A stretch of DNA of 20,000 nucleotides from Actinomycetota bacterium (lineage in GTDB: Bacteria; Actinomycetota; Acidimicrobiia; IMCC26256; VFJJ01). A model generated the notes under the pieces. It made no database searches. It had not been told where the DNA came from and worked only from the letters and a program-made list of their open reading frames with translations. The translations under genes were made by a program, and so were the position numbers. How positions within the stretch are numbered: position 1 is the stretch's first letter; each line of letters opens with the position of its first letter. The stretch is from assembly GCA_009886115.1 (NCBI GenBank), contig VFJJ01000011.1, forward strand, positions 135,612 to 155,611. Reading direction: 5' to 3'. Below, piece after piece: positions 16,829 through 20,000 of this stretch.

Positions 16829-18061
16829 ATGACGAGCGCACCGCCAGCCCGCCGCATCAACGTCCTCGACCCGCAGTTCTACGTCGATCCGTGGGACGAC
16901 TACCGGTGGCTGCGCGACAACGCCCCGGCCTACCGCGACGAGACGAACGCGGTGTGGGCGATCAGCCGCCACCACGACATCATCGACCTCGAGAAGAACA
17001 CGGCCCTGTACTCGTCAGCGAGCGGGAGCCGGCCGCACATCTACGACTCGTCGTCGATGATCAACGCCGACGATCCGCTGCACACGAACTTCCGCAAGCT
17101 CGTCGCCCGGCGCTTCACCCCCAAGGCCGTACGCGACCACGAGGGCTACGTGCGGGGCATCGCCACCGAGCTCATCGACCGAGTCGCCGGGCTGGGCCAC
17201 TGCGAAGCCGTCGAGGATCTGGCGTCGCGCCTGCCCGCCATCGTGATCTGCGACAAGCTCGGCTATCCCCGCGACCTCTGGGAGAAGTGCCGGGAGTGGT
17301 CGGAGGTCACGATGCACGAAGCGGGTCAGTACCCGACCGACGGCACCAAGCGGCCTCCGGGCGGTCCCGAGGGCCTGTCGAGGGCGGCGATCGACGAGTT
17401 CGCCGGGGTCACCTGGCACCTCATCCAGGAACGCCGCAAGGATCCCCGCGACGACCTCATCTCCGTGTGGTGCCACAGCGATGTCGCGTTCCCCGACGGC
17501 ACCGTCCGGCCGATGAACGAGGGCGAGATCATCGCCGAGGCCATCCTCCTGCTCGATGGTGGGGCCGAGACGAGCCGCACCGTCATCGGCGCCACCATGG
17601 TCGAGCTGTCCCGGCGTCCCGACCAGCGCCAGGTGCTGATCGACGATCCCTCCGTCCTCGGGCGGACGGCCGTCGAGGAGTTCCTGCGTTTCACCTCTCC
17701 GCTGGTGAACATGAAGCGGACCGCGACCGCCGAGCACGTGCTGCACGGCCAGAGGGTGAGCGAGGGCGACGAGTTCGTGTTGCTGTACGCCTCGGCGAAT
17801 CGTGACGAGCGGGTCTTCGACGATCCCGACAGCTACGACGTTCGGCGCCAGCACAACCACCACGTGGCGTTCGGGTTCGGGACCCACTTCTGCCTCGGCG
17901 CATCGTTGGCCCGCTTGGAGATCAGGGTCATGTTCGAGGAGCTGCTCCGGCGCATCCCCGACTGGCGCATCGCCCCCGGGGCCGAGCCCGAGATCGTGCC
18001 CGGATCGTTCGCCCGGTACTACGACCGCATCCCCATCGAGTTCACACCCGAGCGGAGCTGA
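16829..18061 (+). CDS. Cytochrome P450 (CYP142-like)
   Basis: GGAETS, EEFLR, SANRDERVF, FGFGTHFCLG. Confidence 0.95.
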   Translation: MTSAPPARRINVLDPQFYVDPWDDYRWLRDNAPAYRDETNAVWAISRHHDIIDLEKNTALYSSASGSRPHIYDSSSMINADDPLHTNFRKLVARRFTPKAVRDHEGYVRGIATELIDRVAGLGHCEAVEDLASRLPAIVICDKLGYPRDLWEKCREWSEVTMHEAGQYPTDGTKRPPGGPEGLSRAAIDEFAGVTWHLIQERRKDPRDDLISVWCHSDVAFPDGTVRPMNEGEIIAEAILLLDGGAETSRTVIGATMVELSRRPDQRQVLIDDPSVLGRTAVEEFLRFTSPLVNMKRTATAEHVLHGQRVSEGDEFVLLYASANRDERVFDDPDSYDVRRQHNHHVAFGFGTHFCLGASLARLEIRVMFEELLRRIPDWRIAPGAEPEIVPGSFARYYDRIPIEFTPERS

Positions 18062-18068
18062 TGGGGTC

Positions 18069-18824
18069 ATGATCCGCGTCGAGCCCGAGGGCGCCGTCAC
18101 CTGGATGACCATCGACCGGCCCGAGGTCCACAATGCCTTGACCCTCGAGGGGTACGCCGATCTGCGGGGAGCGCTTCGCGAGTTCGATGCCGATGAGCGT
18201 CGGCGCGTCGCCGTGGTGCTCGGCGCGGGCGGTCGAGCGTTCTCCACCGGCTCCGACATGAAGGGATCGTCGTGGCATCCGGCCGAGGGTGAGCCGTTGC
18301 GCGTCACCGAAGATCCCGACGGCGACCTCACCCGCAAGCCGGTCATCGCTGCGATCGACGGGTACTGCCTGGGCGGCGGCCTGGAATGGGCCCTCCGGTG
18401 CGACATCCGCATCGCGACGCCCCGATCGTCGTTCAGCCTGCCCGAACCGCGCTGGGGCGCTCTGGCCGGATACGGCCTCCATCATCTCCCCCGTTTGATC
18501 GGGCCCGGCGACGCGTTGTACCTGCAACTCACGGGCGATCGGATCGACGCCGAGCGGGCCCTGCGCCACGGCATCGTCCAGGAGCTCGTCGAGCCCGACC
18601 GGCTCCGGGCGCGGGCCTCGGAGATCGCCGCGATGATCGTGCGCTGCTCGCCGATGGCCATCGAGGCCATCAAGCAGACCATCTGGTTCAACGTGCGCCA
18701 GGGCGTCGAGGACTCCTACCGGTTCGTGGCGCCGCTGGCCCTGGCCATCGGCCGATCGGAGGACGTGCGCGAAGGCCCGAGGGCCTTCGTCGACAAGCGT
18801 GAGCCGCGCTGGAAGGGTCGCTGA
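18069..18824 (+). CDS. Enoyl-CoA hydratase/isomerase (crotonase family), 251 aa
   Basis: IDRPEVHNAL, AFSTGSD, KPVIAAIDGYCLGGGLE, LPE, EGPRAFVDKREPRWKGR. Confidence 0.92.
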   Translation: MIRVEPEGAVTWMTIDRPEVHNALTLEGYADLRGALREFDADERRRVAVVLGAGGRAFSTGSDMKGSSWHPAEGEPLRVTEDPDGDLTRKPVIAAIDGYCLGGGLEWALRCDIRIATPRSSFSLPEPRWGALAGYGLHHLPRLIGPGDALYLQLTGDRIDAERALRHGIVQELVEPDRLRARASEIAAMIVRCSPMAIEAIKQTIWFNVRQGVEDSYRFVAPLALAIGRSEDVREGPRAFVDKREPRWKGR

Positions 18825-18827
18825 GTA

Positions 18828-19676
18828 TTGGGGTCACTGACGTTCCGGGCATTGTCGCCTGCGCTCGGCGCCGAGGTGATCGGGCTCGACCTGATGCGCG
18901 GGGAGCTCCGTCCCGAGGAGGTCGCGGCGCTGCGCGGGGCGTTCGCCGAGCATCACCTCCTCCTGGTCCGAGCCGGTCCCGTCAGCGTCGAGGGTCAGCT
19001 CCGCCTGCTCGGGCTGTTCGGACCGGTGCTCGTGAACGCCGGAGTCGACCACGCGTTCGTCTCGAACACCCGACCCGACGGCATCATCGGAACGGGCGAG
19101 CTGCGCTTCCACTCCGACCTGGCCTTCACCGCCGAGCCCGATCTGGGACTGTCGCTCTACGGGGTCGAGCTTCCCGGCGGGGGAACCACGACGAGGTTCG
19201 CCAATGCGGCCAAGGCTTTGCGTGATCTCGATCCGTCGACTCGGAGCCGCCTCCAGGGTCTGAGGGCGCGCCACGCTTTCGACCTGACCACGCAACACGG
19301 CCACGGGCGAGCGCTCGATACACCGGTTCCCGAGACCGGATATCGCGCTGAGCACCCGATCGTGTCGATCGATCCCACGATGGGGACCGAAGTGCTGTAC
19401 GTGAGCGAGATGCAGACCGAGGGCGTCCTCGGGCTCGACGAGGTCGAGGGTCGACGCCTGTTGGAGCTGCTGTTCGCGGCTCTCTACTCGCCGGGCAACG
19501 TCTACGAGCACCCGTGGGAGCTCGACGACCTTCTCGTATGGAACAACATCACCCTCCAGCACGCCCGCGGCCCGATGGCGGTGGGGGAGGCCAGGACGCT
19601 CCGGCGGGCGACCCTGGCCCATCGGCCGATCGATCAGATCCTCACCGGTTTCACGCCCCGCACACGGGCCGTGTGA
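18828..19676 (+). CDS. TauD/TfdA-family Fe(II)/2-oxoglutarate dioxygenase
   Basis: LGAEVIGLDL, FHSD (HxD), GGGTTTRFAN, HPIV, WNNITLQHAR. TTG start is uncertain. Confidence 0.9.
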   Translation: MGSLTFRALSPALGAEVIGLDLMRGELRPEEVAALRGAFAEHHLLLVRAGPVSVEGQLRLLGLFGPVLVNAGVDHAFVSNTRPDGIIGTGELRFHSDLAFTAEPDLGLSLYGVELPGGGTTTRFANAAKALRDLDPSTRSRLQGLRARHAFDLTTQHGHGRALDTPVPETGYRAEHPIVSIDPTMGTEVLYVSEMQTEGVLGLDEVEGRRLLELLFAALYSPGNVYEHPWELDDLLVWNNITLQHARGPMAVGEARTLRRATLAHRPIDQILTGFTPRTRAV

Positions 19677-19722
19677 TGTCTCGCGCCGGCAGAGCCGTCC
19701 GGCCCACGCCGAGCGTCGACGG

Positions 19723-20000
19723 GTGATCGAGCGTCAGACCGTGGTGGTGACCGGTGCCACGGGTCGCGTCGGGCAACCGATCGCCCGAGCGCTGGTGAAC
19801 GCCGGGAACGACGTGACCGGCGTGGCCCGGTTCTCGAGCCCGGGAGACATGGACCGGATGCGGGCCTTGGGCATCCGGCCGATCCTCCCGGGGTTCACAT
19901 CGGGAACTACAGCCTCTCGAAGATCGCCGGCGAGGCAGTGGTGCAGTTCGCCCGGTCGCCGGGGAGCTCGTGGAGGTTCTGGAGGCGTACCTGGCCGCGG
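19723..20000 (+). pseudogene. NAD-dependent epimerase/dehydratase (extended SDR) remnant, internally deleted and frameshifted
   Basis: GTG 19723 gives MIERQTVVVTGATGRVG (GxxGxxG). The YSLSKIAGE (YxxxK) motif follows in a different frame at 19908. Not in the ORF track. Confidence 0.65.

Noticed and set aside
16815..16829. KstR-like operator upstream of the CYP142-like gene (TAGAAACGTTCCCA)
   Set aside because: Does not fit the TnnAACnnGTTnnA spacing, and no regulator gene is in the window.
18822..18830. Second possible UGA read-through: the crotonase TGA is in frame with the TauD ORF (TGA GTA TTG)
   Set aside because: The TGA falls at the normal crotonase C-terminus (PRWKGR), with no Cys/redox context and no evident SECIS-like hairpin.
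1..20000. tRNA (including tRNA-Sec), rRNA, transposase or integrase genes
   Set aside because: None recognised; intergenic gaps are short and show no cloverleaf or T-loop motif by eye.

Overview
High-GC actinobacterial DNA, probably Acidimicrobiia (inferred from the GYWLVASDGG repeat protein). It is a dense lipid/steroid-type catabolic region: a 5'-truncated amidohydrolase, three cytochromes P450, two acyl-CoA dehydrogenases, a CaiB/BaiF CoA-transferase, two hot-dog thioesterases, a FadD3-like acyl-CoA ligase, a MaoC dehydratase, an enoyl-CoA hydratase and a TauD-like dioxygenase, plus a secreted GH43 protein and terB. The main hidden signal is that the ORF track's 13037..13345 and 13367..14749 are in frame and separated by a single TGA (13343-13345). 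That TGA reads A-D-U-G-A-C-T (a UxxC motif) and is followed by a bacterial SECIS-like hairpin. The most likely reading is one ~570-aa UGSC-family selenoprotein, translationally coupled between the acyl-CoA ligase and a thioesterase. Other oddities: a kinase N-lobe fused to PASTA-like domains with the catalytic lobe missing, an internally deleted epimerase, a P450 lacking the I-helix acid residue, two long perfect palindromes, and a structured terB leader. All family calls come from motif recognition, not database searches.
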